Shown here one piece after another: positions 27,965-37,451 of a stretch of 64,000 bases of DNA. The stretch is from an uncultured Gemmatimonadales bacterium (GTDB taxonomy: Bacteria; Gemmatimonadota; Gemmatimonadetes; Gemmatimonadales; GWC2-71-9), in the NCBI GenBank assembly GCA_963825055.1, contig CAWGSK010000030.1, positions 1 through 64,000 on the forward strand, read 5' to 3'. Under the pieces are notes generated by a model. It made no database searches. It was not told the DNA's origin and worked only from the letters and a program-made list of their open reading frames with translations. How positions within the stretch are numbered: the first letter of the stretch is position 1; every line of letters starts with the position of its first letter. A program made the translations under genes and the position numbers.

Positions 27965-30900
27965 CTACTGAGCGAAGTTGACGATCGTAAAGCGGCCCAC
28001 CCGCCGGGCGTTGCCACTCTCGATGTGGTAGAAGTACACCCCGCTGGCGACCACCTGGTTGTTGCGGTTCCGCACGTCCCAGGTCTCCGCCCCCCCGAAG
28101 GCCGCGGCGTGGTGCTCCAGCAGCCGCACCAGCACCCCGCTCGAGGAGTAGATCCGGATGATCGCATTGTCCGGCAGGTTCACGAACTTGATGATCTTCG
28201 TGTCCGTCGTCTGCTCGAACTCGTTCGTCACGTAGTACGGATCCGGCACCGTGTGGACCTGGCTCAGGTCCGCGTCCGTCGGCGCGTTGATCTGGTTCGT
28301 CACGTCATAACTCACCCGCAACGTCGCTCCCACCGCCGTCATGGGAAGGATGTCCTCGGGGTTGGAGTACGTATACGGACCTTCGTTACCGGCATCGCCG
28401 TTACCACCGGTGATGGCGCCGACATACTGCCGGAGTGACCAGACCGTCCCGGCAGCAGGCACCTGCCCGCCGGCGAGTTCAAAGGTGAACCAGTCTCCCG
28501 GCATCGCGAGAACGAAGCCCGCGTTGGTGGCTACCGGACTCGACGTCGCCGCCGAGAGGCTCGGACTGAAGAAGGAAACCGGTCCCGGGACCACCGTCTG
28601 GCTCAGGGTATACGTATCCGAGCCGGAGATGCTCGTGCCGAGCGAGCGCACCGGCTCGACACAACCCAGGTCCGTGGAGGTCAATTCCGTGCGACCATCG
28701 AAGCATCCCGTGGTCGCGGCGTCCGCCGCGTTCAGGACGCCCCAGGTACCGCCGATCGTCGGGCTGAACGGCACCACCACGTTGTGGGTCACGTCGATCA
28801 CCGAGTCGATCGCACCACCACTCCCCCAGTAGACGTTGTAGTCCGCCGCACGGTGCGCGCCGGCCTTGATGCCCTCGACCGGCCGGTACTCACCGCCACC
28901 CACCGACTGGTACGCCTGGGTATTCTGGATGGTGACCACACCGGACAGCTCGCCGGCATTGTTGAAGTTGGTGACGGTGTTGCCCGAGAAGTTGGGCTGG
29001 TTGCCCTCGATCGGGTCAACCTTGGTCTCGTTGTTCGCCGGCGAGGGGCCGTCGAACCACCGGGAGCCGTTGTAGGAGCACCCGCTGTTGGTGGTGAAGC
29101 CGGCACGTCCATTGACGCAGCCGCGGCCGTAGAGACTGGCGTAGTCCGGGCCGCTCAGCTTCATGCTGACCTTGCCCTGGAGCGTGTAGCCCTGCCCACC
29201 GCCATACCGGGCCGCGAGGGACGGGTTCACCGCCACCGCGCCGAACTGCGCGGAGCCGGACACGACACCGATCTCCTGGTTCATGGTGATCGGGATCGAG
29301 AACGTTGAGGTATCAGGCCCGGAAGCCGCCGTCCACCAGTACACGTGCGGGGAGCCGCCGTACGGCGAGCCCAGCGCGATGCTGTCGAGCGTGGCGGAGA
29401 AGCTGCCGGAGGTGCTCAGCACGCTGGCCACGAAGTCACCGAACCCGATGGTCCACGACTTCGCCGGCGGGAACGGCCCGGAGAACTGCCCCGTGGTCGG
29501 GTCGATGGTCGGGAGCGGCTGGGTCGGGTCGAGCACCACGCCACGGCCTTCGATGTTGGCGCTGGTGATCGTGCCGACGTTCTCATAGTTCGCCGCCGGC
29601 CGCCGCGGGGTCACCGGCTTGGTGTTGCGCGGCGACTCGAGATTCGACGGACCGGACTGGAACGAGTTGATGTCGAACGCCGTCACGGAATAGAAATACC
29701 GGAAGTTATTCCGTGGCGTCTGGTCCACGTACACGAACGGCACGCCGTTATCCGACAGCTGCGGATATACGGTGTTGTTGCCCGTCACCGCCGTGTCCGC
29801 GATCAGGACGATCGCCGTCCCGTCGGCCAGTGCCGTCCGCTCGCCCAGCTTCACCTGGACGATCTGTCCCACCAGCGGCACGTCATTGTGCGCCGTCCGG
29901 GGCACGCCCGGGGTGATGGGATCGTACGTCGTGGGGCAGTCGGTCGTGATGGCCAGTTCCGGCGCGCAGAGCGGCGTCGGGTTCACCTGGGCCGCGTAGT
30001 CCGAAATGACCGTGCCGCCGTAGTCGAACTGCGCGAGCAGGGTCAGCGAGTTCGGCGCGTCCACCCGGCCCCGGTAGACCCGGTAGCCTTCGACGTCGAA
30101 CTGGCGGTAGTTCGGGTCATACAGGGAATTCGTCGGATCCGAGGCCAGCTGGTAGTACGGGTCACCCGTGGTCTCGGAGACCGAGGGGCGCCACAGCACC
30201 GTCACCTGGTTGTCGCCCGGCACCAGGAAGAACTCTGGCGGTTCCGGGGCGAACGGGAGCAGGAACCCACCGTCGAACACGGCCTGCGCCACCCGCGCCT
30301 TGCCGAGCAGGGAGCCCGGGACCACGTCAAACTCTTCCTGCTCCAGGATCCCGTTACCACTGGTGTCCGTGGCGCTCAGGAAGCCGGTCAGCGAGTCGAT
30401 CGGGTTGACCCCGTTCGCCACGATGGCCGGGTCGGTCAGGCCCGCGATGATCGTCGGGTTGCCAGGCGGCACGTTACAGCTCGGGCCGGGGCAGGTGCCG
30501 GTCTGGACCGGGGCGGCGAAGATGTACGCCACCACTACCGAGCCGAACTCGCCCGGGCCCAGGGTCAGCGGGCCGGACGACTGATAGAAGCGCATGTCGA
30601 ACGGACCGCTGCCGCGAATGAAGCAGATCTTCGTATTGACCGGGTCGAAGTTACAGGCGTCGTCGCCGGCGGCCGTGTTGATGTTGCCGGAGACGTAGCG
30701 CCACAGCTGTGTCGTGTTCCCGGGATCGGAGAAGCCGCCGCCGTTCGTGGTGTTGCTGAACAGCGTCAGGCCCACTTCCTGGCCATTGATCTCCGGGCTC
30801 TTCAGGTATTTCACGCCGACGAAGCCGGCGCCGGAGAAGAAGGGCTTGGAGAAGATGGCCGGGTCGAAGGACCAGCCATCCACCCGGGAGAACGCGTTCT

Positions 30901-31846
30901 CGTAGGTATAGCCCAGGGAAAACGGCACGTTCACCGACGCGTAGTTGTTGCCGGCGCTGCCCACGTCCATGTCCGCCGAGAAGTTGGCGTACAGGTCCGT
31001 GATGGTGTAGCCCCCGCTCGGCAGGGTCACGCCGAAGGTGCTGTTGTTCCGCTGCTGGAACTCCTGGGCCTTCTGGATCAGGATGTCCCGCATCCCCGGC
31101 CGGACGGCGGCATAGTCCGCCGGATTCGCGGACGTAACGTTGTAGAACGTGTAGACGAAGTAGACGATGTCTTCATTGCCCGATGGGTAGTTCCAGCCCA
31201 TGCCACGCTGTTCCACCATGACACCCAGCGGGTGCGGCCGGCCGGCGATCAGGCCCGGGTTGCCGTCCCACGTGAGCCACCAGACGTCGCCCTGCGAGGC
31301 CGAGGTCCGGCCCTGCAGGAGCGGGTTGAAGATGTCGGCCGTCGCGTCGCCGCTCGGCACCCGGGCCGCCAGGGCCACCGGGTCGCTCGTGGCCGCGTCA
31401 CCGATGAAGGCCGCATCGGCCAGGTTGGTCGTGTTGTAGATCGGCGCGACTTCATCACCGTGGGTCGTGGTGCCCTTCGGGTCGAAGAGGAACGCGCCAG
31501 TCGTGTCGCCGGCCCACGGACCGCCGTTGGGGCCGATGATGCCGGCCACCTGCAGGCCGGAGTTGAAGACGTACTGGTCGGCCGTACCCTTCGGCCAGAA
31601 GCCGCCACCGATCGTGGACGAGTTGTTCGAGTCAACGCAGACCTCGCCGATGCTCGTCAGGCCGCAATAGACGCGGTTGATCGTGAGCGCCCCGAGAGCT
31701 CGGGCAAACAGGCGGAACCCGCGGGTGTTTTTGGCGCCCGGCTCCGGCGACGCGGACGCTACCTGGGGCAGCGCCGCGGCGAGGGCCAGGGCCAGCAGCC
31801 CCGCCAGCATCACGCCTCGCTTACGAAGTAGTGAGTGCATTGGCAT
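27965..31846 (-). CDS. Large secreted protein (1293 aa) with FN3-like module and T9SS/FlgD-like C-terminal sorting domain
   Basis: Signal peptide; PGDNQVTVLW..FDVEGYRVYR..YFYSVTAFD; C-term VHTVPDPY..IKFVNLP..IRIYSSSGVLVRLLEH..WDVRNRNNQVVASGVYFYHIES..GRFTIV. Confidence 0.82.
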   Translation of the reverse strand: MPMHSLLRKRGVMLAGLLALALAAALPQVASASPEPGAKNTRGFRLFARALGALTINRVYCGLTSIGEVCVDSNNSSTIGGGFWPKGTADQYVFNSGLQVAGIIGPNGGPWAGDTTGAFLFDPKGTTTHGDEVAPIYNTTNLADAAFIGDAATSDPVALAARVPSGDATADIFNPLLQGRTSASQGDVWWLTWDGNPGLIAGRPHPLGVMVEQRGMGWNYPSGNEDIVYFVYTFYNVTSANPADYAAVRPGMRDILIQKAQEFQQRNNSTFGVTLPSGGYTITDLYANFSADMDVGSAGNNYASVNVPFSLGYTYENAFSRVDGWSFDPAIFSKPFFSGAGFVGVKYLKSPEINGQEVGLTLFSNTTNGGGFSDPGNTTQLWRYVSGNINTAAGDDACNFDPVNTKICFIRGSGPFDMRFYQSSGPLTLGPGEFGSVVVAYIFAAPVQTGTCPGPSCNVPPGNPTIIAGLTDPAIVANGVNPIDSLTGFLSATDTSGNGILEQEEFDVVPGSLLGKARVAQAVFDGGFLLPFAPEPPEFFLVPGDNQVTVLWRPSVSETTGDPYYQLASDPTNSLYDPNYRQFDVEGYRVYRGRVDAPNSLTLLAQFDYGGTVISDYAAQVNPTPLCAPELAITTDCPTTYDPITPGVPRTAHNDVPLVGQIVQVKLGERTALADGTAIVLIADTAVTGNNTVYPQLSDNGVPFVYVDQTPRNNFRYFYSVTAFDINSFQSGPSNLESPRNTKPVTPRRPAANYENVGTITSANIEGRGVVLDPTQPLPTIDPTTGQFSGPFPPAKSWTIGFGDFVASVLSTSGSFSATLDSIALGSPYGGSPHVYWWTAASGPDTSTFSIPITMNQEIGVVSGSAQFGAVAVNPSLAARYGGGQGYTLQGKVSMKLSGPDYASLYGRGCVNGRAGFTTNSGCSYNGSRWFDGPSPANNETKVDPIEGNQPNFSGNTVTNFNNAGELSGVVTIQNTQAYQSVGGGEYRPVEGIKAGAHRAADYNVYWGSGGAIDSVIDVTHNVVVPFSPTIGGTWGVLNAADAATTGCFDGRTELTSTDLGCVEPVRSLGTSISGSDTYTLSQTVVPGPVSFFSPSLSAATSSPVATNAGFVLAMPGDWFTFELAGGQVPAAGTVWSLRQYVGAITGGNGDAGNEGPYTYSNPEDILPMTAVGATLRVSYDVTNQINAPTDADLSQVHTVPDPYYVTNEFEQTTDTKIIKFVNLPDNAIIRIYSSSGVLVRLLEHHAAAFGGAETWDVRNRNNQVVASGVYFYHIESGNARRVGRFTIVNFAQ

Positions 31847-31877
31847 CCTCTCTCGTGCTTAAACGTGTGGTTGGCCA

Positions 31878-31899
31878 GCCGGTCCGTTGCCGGACCGGC
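31878..31899. other. Intercistronic stem-loop
   Basis: GCCGGTCCG-ttgc-CGGACCGGC between TonB barrel and cargo gene, no U-tract. Confidence 0.5.
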
Positions 31900-31915
31900 C
31901 AGCCCCCCGTGAGTA

Positions 31916-34900
31916 CTAGAAGTTGACTTCGATGCCGAGGCGCAGCCGCCGCGGGGTACCGGTAAAGTTGTCCGTCCCGCGGCCGATGAAGTAGAGCGCG
32001 TCAGAGGCCGCCTTCTGCTCATCCAGGCTGAAGATGTGGTCACCGTCGCCGTAGCGCTGTTCCGCCCGGATCAGGTACACGCAGCTTGGCGAGGCAGGGG
32101 TACCGCCCGCGGTCTGCCACGAGCCGCAGCCCGAGGCCACCGCGCCACCGAAGCGAAGGTCGATGGAGCCGTCGCCACCGTAGACCGCGTTCTTGATGGC
32201 CTCCGAGGCGAACAGCGAGCTGTCCGACTTGAACTGCTGGACCTGCTCCACCTCGTTCACGATGTCGTTCGTGGTCGTGAAGACCTGGAGAACATTCCGG
32301 AAGTTGAGGATGTTGCGGGCGTCCAGGTAGGCGGTCAATTCGACGCCGCCGAGCCCGAAGCCCTTCGTGAAGCGCATGTCGAGCTGCTTGAATGCCGGCT
32401 CACGGGCGCCGAAGAAGTCACCCACGAAGTTCTGGTTGCAGACCTGCCCGCTGACGACGCCGCGGTTACCGAGGTCGTCACCCGGGCACTTCGTGTAGGC
32501 CTCACCGCTGGAATACCGGAAGAGCGCCGTGATACCGACGTTCCCCAGGATCGATCCCAGCGTGGTCCCCTGCTTGAAGTCGTCAGGAATCGTGAGGGCG
32601 AAGGAGCCGGTGAGGTTATGCGGACGGCTCGTCGCAGTCGGGAAAATGCCCTGCGGCGGCGGCTGGTTGCCACCCGAGACCTGGTTCACGATCCGGGAGC
32701 CGAAGTTGATGTAGGTGAACGGGTCGGACCCGGTGTTCTTCGCATCCTGGTACGTGTAGGCCAGGACGCCGTTGAAGAAGCGGCCGATCCGGCGGTCGAG
32801 CCGGACGTCGATACCGCGGGTGTTGCCGAAGTCCGCGGAGGTGAGCACCCGGATGTCCTGGTTCCGGCCGAAGAGCGGATCGAACTTCGAGATGAGCCGG
32901 CCGGCCGCGTTGGACAGGTTGTCCTTGTTGTACGCGGAGAGGTCGAGCACCATGTCGTCGCTGAACGCGTGACGGATGCCGAACTCGAAGGTGATCGTCT
33001 TGCCGAAGTCCAGGTCGGACCCGTAGACGTGGTTCGTGTTGGTGATGGCCAGGTCCGTGTTGATACCGGTCAGGACCACGCCGAAGTCCGGTACCTGCAC
33101 CTGGTGGGCGTAGGAGAGCCGGAAGTTCGTGCGGTCGGTCACCGGGAAGGAGACCTGGATGTGCGGGCTCACATAGTTGTGGCTCTGGTCCCGCACGAAG
33201 TTCGCTGTCGGGTCCGTCGGGTCGAAGCCCGGGGCCGACGAGATCCGCGGGAAGTCAGCCGGACGGCTCGCACGGGAATCGTAGTAGTCGTACCGCAGGC
33301 CGCCGACCAGGACCACGTCACCGAGGTCGAGACGATCCTCAAGGAAGAGGTCGTAGCGGATCGGCTTCTCGTGGAAGATGTCCGAGAAGGCCTGGCTGGT
33401 GAGGCTGTGTGAGTAGCTGGCAATGTCGTACCGGGTGAATTCGCCGCCGATCTTCACACGGTTGTACCGGTCGAGCTGCCAGTCCAGGTTGGCCTTGCCG
33501 ACCACGCGCTTTTCATTGTACAGCGACATCCGGCCGGTCGGACCGCCGCCCTCGGCGAAGCCCGTCAGGCCGTACGCATTGTTCCGGTATACGTCGATGA
33601 CGTTGTACTGGTCGCGATTTTCCAGGTCGAACGGCGAGCGACGCGACCCCGGCGTGTTCAGCCGGTAGTTGTTGATCAGCTCATCATTGATCGGGAAATT
33701 GTCGAAGTTGAACAGGAAGTCCATGCTGCCGAGAATGAACCCACCCCACGGATTGCGGGTGTCGATCTCGCTCTGCCGCGTGAGCGGCGCGAGGATCGTC
33801 TGGTCGGTCTGGTAGGACAGGGCGACGTCAAGCGCCAGCGCCCGCTCCGCCGACCGCGCCAGGTTCTGGGTCCAGCCCAGCGTGACGTTGTTGCTGCGGG
33901 ACCGGTTGCCGAACAGCGCCTGCGGATTGTACAGGTTGCCGTAGCTGAAGTTCCGGCCCTGGCTCTGGCTCCGCTGCCCGCTCAGGAAGATGCGGCTGCC
34001 CTGGCCGAACGTGTAGTTCATCTTGCCGGCCAGCTGGTAGACCGTCGAGGCACTGACCGGAATCCGGATGCCCTGGCAGTCCGCGCCGTAGTTGTTCTTG
34101 ATATCCGCGTTCGTGCTGTTGTCAAACGCGTCGCACTTGCCCGTGTAGATCGCGTAGTTCGACACGTCCACGAACGACGTGTCCGCATTCGGGCCGAAGT
34201 TGCTGGGCACCGCGACCGTGGTGTCGATCCCCGCCTCGACGAACAGCGGGTAGTTCTCGACGCCCTGGCCGCTTTCCGCCGACTGCTGCCCCTCGAGCAC
34301 GCCCGAGAGGAAGAAGGTCAGGTTCTCGCGGACGGGGCCGCTGACGCTGGCTCCGATGCGGTTGAAGCCCGGACCGGCCGTCTTGCCGAAGACCTCGTCC
34401 GTCTCGTAGCGCAGGTTGCCGGCAAAGCTCTGGCCGCCGTTGCGGGTTTCAATGTTGATGATACCCGACTGCGCGTTGCCAAACTCGGCCGATGATGCGC
34501 CCGTCGTGACCGACGCCTGCTCGAACCCGTTGGTGCCGACGGAAATACCGCCGGTACCGTTCGAGCCCACGAAGGCATTGCCACGGTAGCCCGGCGAGAC
34601 CGGCACGCCGTCAATGTACGTGGCCGCCTCGTCGGACCGGCCGCCCCGGATGTTGATGCGGCCACCGCTCGGGCTCGCCACGACACCTGGCTGCAGTGCC
34701 AGCACGTCGTTGATCCGGTCGGCCGGCAGCTTGGCGACGTAGTCACCGTCCAGCCGCTGCTTGGTCGAGACCTCGTCTCGAGGCACCAGCTGCTGCCGCG
34801 CGCCGACCACGACGACCGAGTCCACCTGGAACGGCGTCTGCTCGAGCGTGACGTCCGTGGTCAGCGTCTGGCCGGCGAGGACCTTGATGTCCCGCACCTC

Positions 34901-35182
34901 CGTACGCTTGTAACCCACGAACGCGGCCCGTACGGTCGCAGGACCGATCGGCACGTTGTTGAAGAAGTAGTAACCCTGGTTGTTGGTCAGAGTCGCGAAC
35001 GCGGTACCCACGATGGTGACCTGGGCATTCGCAATCGGTGCACCCGACTGATCGCGTACTCTGCCTTCGATCTTACCAGTCGCCTGCGCATAGAGCGATC
35101 CCGCTCCAAGCGCGAGGCCGACTGCCGCCAGCGCAAACCACCGCGCTGCGCGGGCGAAGGCCCCTACACAACTTTGTTTCAT
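31916..35182 (-). CDS. TonB-dependent receptor-like barrel with carboxypeptidase-regulatory-like domain
   Basis: Signal peptide SLYA-Q; TGKIEGRV, LQPGVV..IRGGRSDE..YIDG, SAEFGNAQSGIIN, GLRYDY, SPHIQVSFPVTD, KTITFEFG, terminal PRRLRLGIEVNF; RBS GGAGG before ATG 35182. Confidence 0.9.
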   Translation of the reverse strand: MKQSCVGAFARAARWFALAAVGLALGAGSLYAQATGKIEGRVRDQSGAPIANAQVTIVGTAFATLTNNQGYYFFNNVPIGPATVRAAFVGYKRTEVRDIKVLAGQTLTTDVTLEQTPFQVDSVVVVGARQQLVPRDEVSTKQRLDGDYVAKLPADRINDVLALQPGVVASPSGGRINIRGGRSDEAATYIDGVPVSPGYRGNAFVGSNGTGGISVGTNGFEQASVTTGASSAEFGNAQSGIINIETRNGGQSFAGNLRYETDEVFGKTAGPGFNRIGASVSGPVRENLTFFLSGVLEGQQSAESGQGVENYPLFVEAGIDTTVAVPSNFGPNADTSFVDVSNYAIYTGKCDAFDNSTNADIKNNYGADCQGIRIPVSASTVYQLAGKMNYTFGQGSRIFLSGQRSQSQGRNFSYGNLYNPQALFGNRSRSNNVTLGWTQNLARSAERALALDVALSYQTDQTILAPLTRQSEIDTRNPWGGFILGSMDFLFNFDNFPINDELINNYRLNTPGSRRSPFDLENRDQYNVIDVYRNNAYGLTGFAEGGGPTGRMSLYNEKRVVGKANLDWQLDRYNRVKIGGEFTRYDIASYSHSLTSQAFSDIFHEKPIRYDLFLEDRLDLGDVVLVGGLRYDYYDSRASRPADFPRISSAPGFDPTDPTANFVRDQSHNYVSPHIQVSFPVTDRTNFRLSYAHQVQVPDFGVVLTGINTDLAITNTNHVYGSDLDFGKTITFEFGIRHAFSDDMVLDLSAYNKDNLSNAAGRLISKFDPLFGRNQDIRVLTSADFGNTRGIDVRLDRRIGRFFNGVLAYTYQDAKNTGSDPFTYINFGSRIVNQVSGGNQPPPQGIFPTATSRPHNLTGSFALTIPDDFKQGTTLGSILGNVGITALFRYSSGEAYTKCPGDDLGNRGVVSGQVCNQNFVGDFFGAREPAFKQLDMRFTKGFGLGGVELTAYLDARNILNFRNVLQVFTTTNDIVNEVEQVQQFKSDSSLFASEAIKNAVYGGDGSIDLRFGGAVASGCGSWQTAGGTPASPSCVYLIRAEQRYGDGDHIFSLDEQKAASDALYFIGRGTDNFTGTPRRLRLGIEVNF

Positions 35183-35364
35183 GGAGTCCTCCAATGGCGT
35201 GATCACGAAGTACTGCCGAGCCATCAACAAACGCACGTCCCCCCGGCAGATTCCTGGGGACGATAGACCCTGATGCTGGACACGGACCTGCTAGTAAAGC
35301 GAGGGGTTGCAACTAGCTGACTTCTGAGATCTTGGACTCCGGTCGCGGCCCGACCGGAGCAGAC

Positions 35365-35393
35365 AATATGGGACGCCCCCTGTAGCATGTCAA
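35365..35393 (-). promoter_or_regulatory. Putative sigma70 promoter of the five-gene envelope cassette
   Basis: Minus strand TTGACA-N17-CATATT. Confidence 0.65.
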
Positions 35394-35462
35394 GAAAGCG
35401 TCACGACTTGCGACATTCGGTGCGAGCCGGTGTAACCCTGTGAAACATCGTGAGATGACCTC

Positions 35463-35533
35463 GAGGCGGTGAAGACGGTCAGGACGGTCAGGGCGGTCTG
35501 GGCGGTCTGGGCGGTCTTGTCCGTCCTGTCCGT
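35463..35533. repeat. Degenerate 9-bp tandem repeat with partly inverted end
   Basis: aagacggtc aggacggtc agggcggtc tgggcggtc tgggcggtc ttgtccgtc ctgtccgtc, immediately after M24 peptidase stop. Confidence 0.75.
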
Positions 35534-36708
35534 CATGCCACTATCAGATCCACCTGCGGCGCCTCCGGCGTCACCCGCGGACCGGAGAGACCCATATGGA
35601 CGTTGATCTCGCTCCGAACCCCGAAACGACCCTCAAGATACACCCCGGGCTCCACCGAAAAACCCACTCCCGGTAAAAGGACCCGCTCATCCCGGGTTTC
35701 GTAACTGTCCAGATGTGGCCCCGAGCCGTGAAGGTCACGATCGATGGAGTGTCCTGTCCGGTGGACAAATGCCTCACCGTAGCCGGCCCCTTCTATAATA
35801 GCCCGCGCTGCCCGGTCCAGCTCGAACCCCCTGACAGGCCGCCCGGCAGAAGCCGCCGACCGCGCCAGCTCGACCGCGGCATCCCGGGCATCACGTACCG
35901 TTTCCCAGACGGAAAGCACGTCCGCCGGCGGCTCGGCCCCGGCAAACCCCATCCAGGTCTGGTCGGCGAAGACCGTCCGCCGACTCCGGCCACCCCACAG
36001 GTCCAGCAACACCACATCCCCCGCCTGAAGCTCCGCGTCCTTCCCCTCCATCGGCTCATAGTGCGGATTGGCCGAGTTCGGCCCGAAACCCACAATCGGA
36101 AGGGTATCGAGGGCAAGCCCGCCCTCCTTCATGTCCGCAATCACCCGCCGCTGGAGTTCCACTTCCCGAAGACCCGATCCAGCCTGCCGAACTGCGTCCT
36201 GCACCGCCCGCCGGGCGACCCGGGCCAGTACCTCCGCCGCGAAAAGGTGGTCCTCCAGCTCCTCCGGGGTCCAGGCCGCGGCAAAACGGGTCACGAGGCT
36301 GGAGGACGGAACCACGGTGGCCCCGAGACGGGTCAGGAGCTGGATCACGCCATGGGGCACACGGTCCAGGTAGGGCACCGCATCCTCGGGCGAGACCTCC
36401 ATGGCGACCGTCCGGCCGGCGACCACCCCACGCAGCGCCTCATGCAACTCCTCCCAGCGGGCATACGGCACGACGCGCCCGGGAAAGTCCTTGAACGGCT
36501 GCAACTCGATCCGGTGCACGACGGCCACCGGGTCGCCCGCTTTCGGCAGGTAGACGAACAGCCGGCGTGTTCCCATGCCCAGGGGGCCAAGCATCCTCGG
36601 CGTGACCGGGTTCACCCCATGGAAATCGTAGAGGAGCCAGCCATCGGCTCCCAGTTCATTCAGGGTCTCGGCCAGAAGGCCTCGATCCAGCCCCGCCAGG
36701 TCGGTCAT
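35533..36708 (-). CDS. M24-family (Xaa-Pro) metallopeptidase
   Basis: NSANPHY, LLDLWG, FADQTW, FVHRTGHSI, FSVEPGVY, GVRSE. Confidence 0.92.
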   Translation of the reverse strand: MTDLAGLDRGLLAETLNELGADGWLLYDFHGVNPVTPRMLGPLGMGTRRLFVYLPKAGDPVAVVHRIELQPFKDFPGRVVPYARWEELHEALRGVVAGRTVAMEVSPEDAVPYLDRVPHGVIQLLTRLGATVVPSSSLVTRFAAAWTPEELEDHLFAAEVLARVARRAVQDAVRQAGSGLREVELQRRVIADMKEGGLALDTLPIVGFGPNSANPHYEPMEGKDAELQAGDVVLLDLWGGRSRRTVFADQTWMGFAGAEPPADVLSVWETVRDARDAAVELARSAASAGRPVRGFELDRAARAIIEGAGYGEAFVHRTGHSIDRDLHGSGPHLDSYETRDERVLLPGVGFSVEPGVYLEGRFGVRSEINVHMGLSGPRVTPEAPQVDLIVA

Positions 36709-37331
36709 TCGTCATCTCCCACGTGCGTTGCTTCCCAGTGACAGCGAGCCGCCCCCTGCATCCGGCACCCGCGGTGCAGCATCGCCCCCTCGAACCCGGT
36801 CTGCAGCCGGAGGAGCTCGGCGAAGGCCGCCCCGTAGAAGGCGCAACTCCGCGAGGCGCCGTCAGACATCACCCCGATGGGCTCGGCGAGCTCCGCCTCG
36901 GCAGTGGACCCGCTCATGGTCAGGCGGCCGCGGAACACCCGCCACGCCACCCGCCGCGCCACGCGAAAGCCGACCCGCCGGCCCAGAAAACCCGGCGTCG
37001 AGTGCACCAGCGACCGCACCGCGATGGTGGCGGTACGCACCGCGTGCCGGGCTGCACGCCGCCCCGCGTCGGCAAAGACAAGCGAAGCATCGGGGCGCCG
37101 GTCCACCAGGCGGAATACTGACACCACCTCTTCCTCGGGGAGCGACTGGTTGCGACGCATGGCATCCGTGTAGCGCTGGATCTGCGCCGCCACGGTGGCG
37201 CTCAGGCCAAGCCGCTTCGCGACGATTTCTGCCGCGACCTCGCTCAGGCCGTCTTCCACGGGCGTATCGAGGTTGCGCATCGCTTCGAGCAGGCTCAACG
37301 GGATGATCGCGGAGACGCGGTCGGCTGGCAC
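36705..37331 (-). CDS. Hypothetical protein with C-terminal V4R-like domain
   Basis: CAFYGAAFAELL...HRGCRMQGAARCHW resembles V4R C..C..G...C pattern; start assumed at GTG 37331; ATGA overlap with peptidase. Confidence 0.6.
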   Translation of the reverse strand: MPADRVSAIIPLSLLEAMRNLDTPVEDGLSEVAAEIVAKRLGLSATVAAQIQRYTDAMRRNQSLPEEEVVSVFRLVDRRPDASLVFADAGRRAARHAVRTATIAVRSLVHSTPGFLGRRVGFRVARRVAWRVFRGRLTMSGSTAEAELAEPIGVMSDGASRSCAFYGAAFAELLRLQTGFEGAMLHRGCRMQGAARCHWEATHVGDDE

Positions 37332-37451
37332 GGCAGGCTGTCTCGGGCTTCGGGACGGGTCGCTCGGGCGATGTCGGCCGAATCCTAACCGCGCATCGAG
37401 GCAGGAGCCAGTAGGAGTTGCTTTCCGGAGCGGCTTCCGGGACATTCCGGC

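Noticed and set aside
35463..35533. Short repeats considered as a possible CRISPR array (also 44306-44395, 55658-55730)
   Set aside because: Units are 7-9 bp, tandem, with no unique spacers and no cas genes
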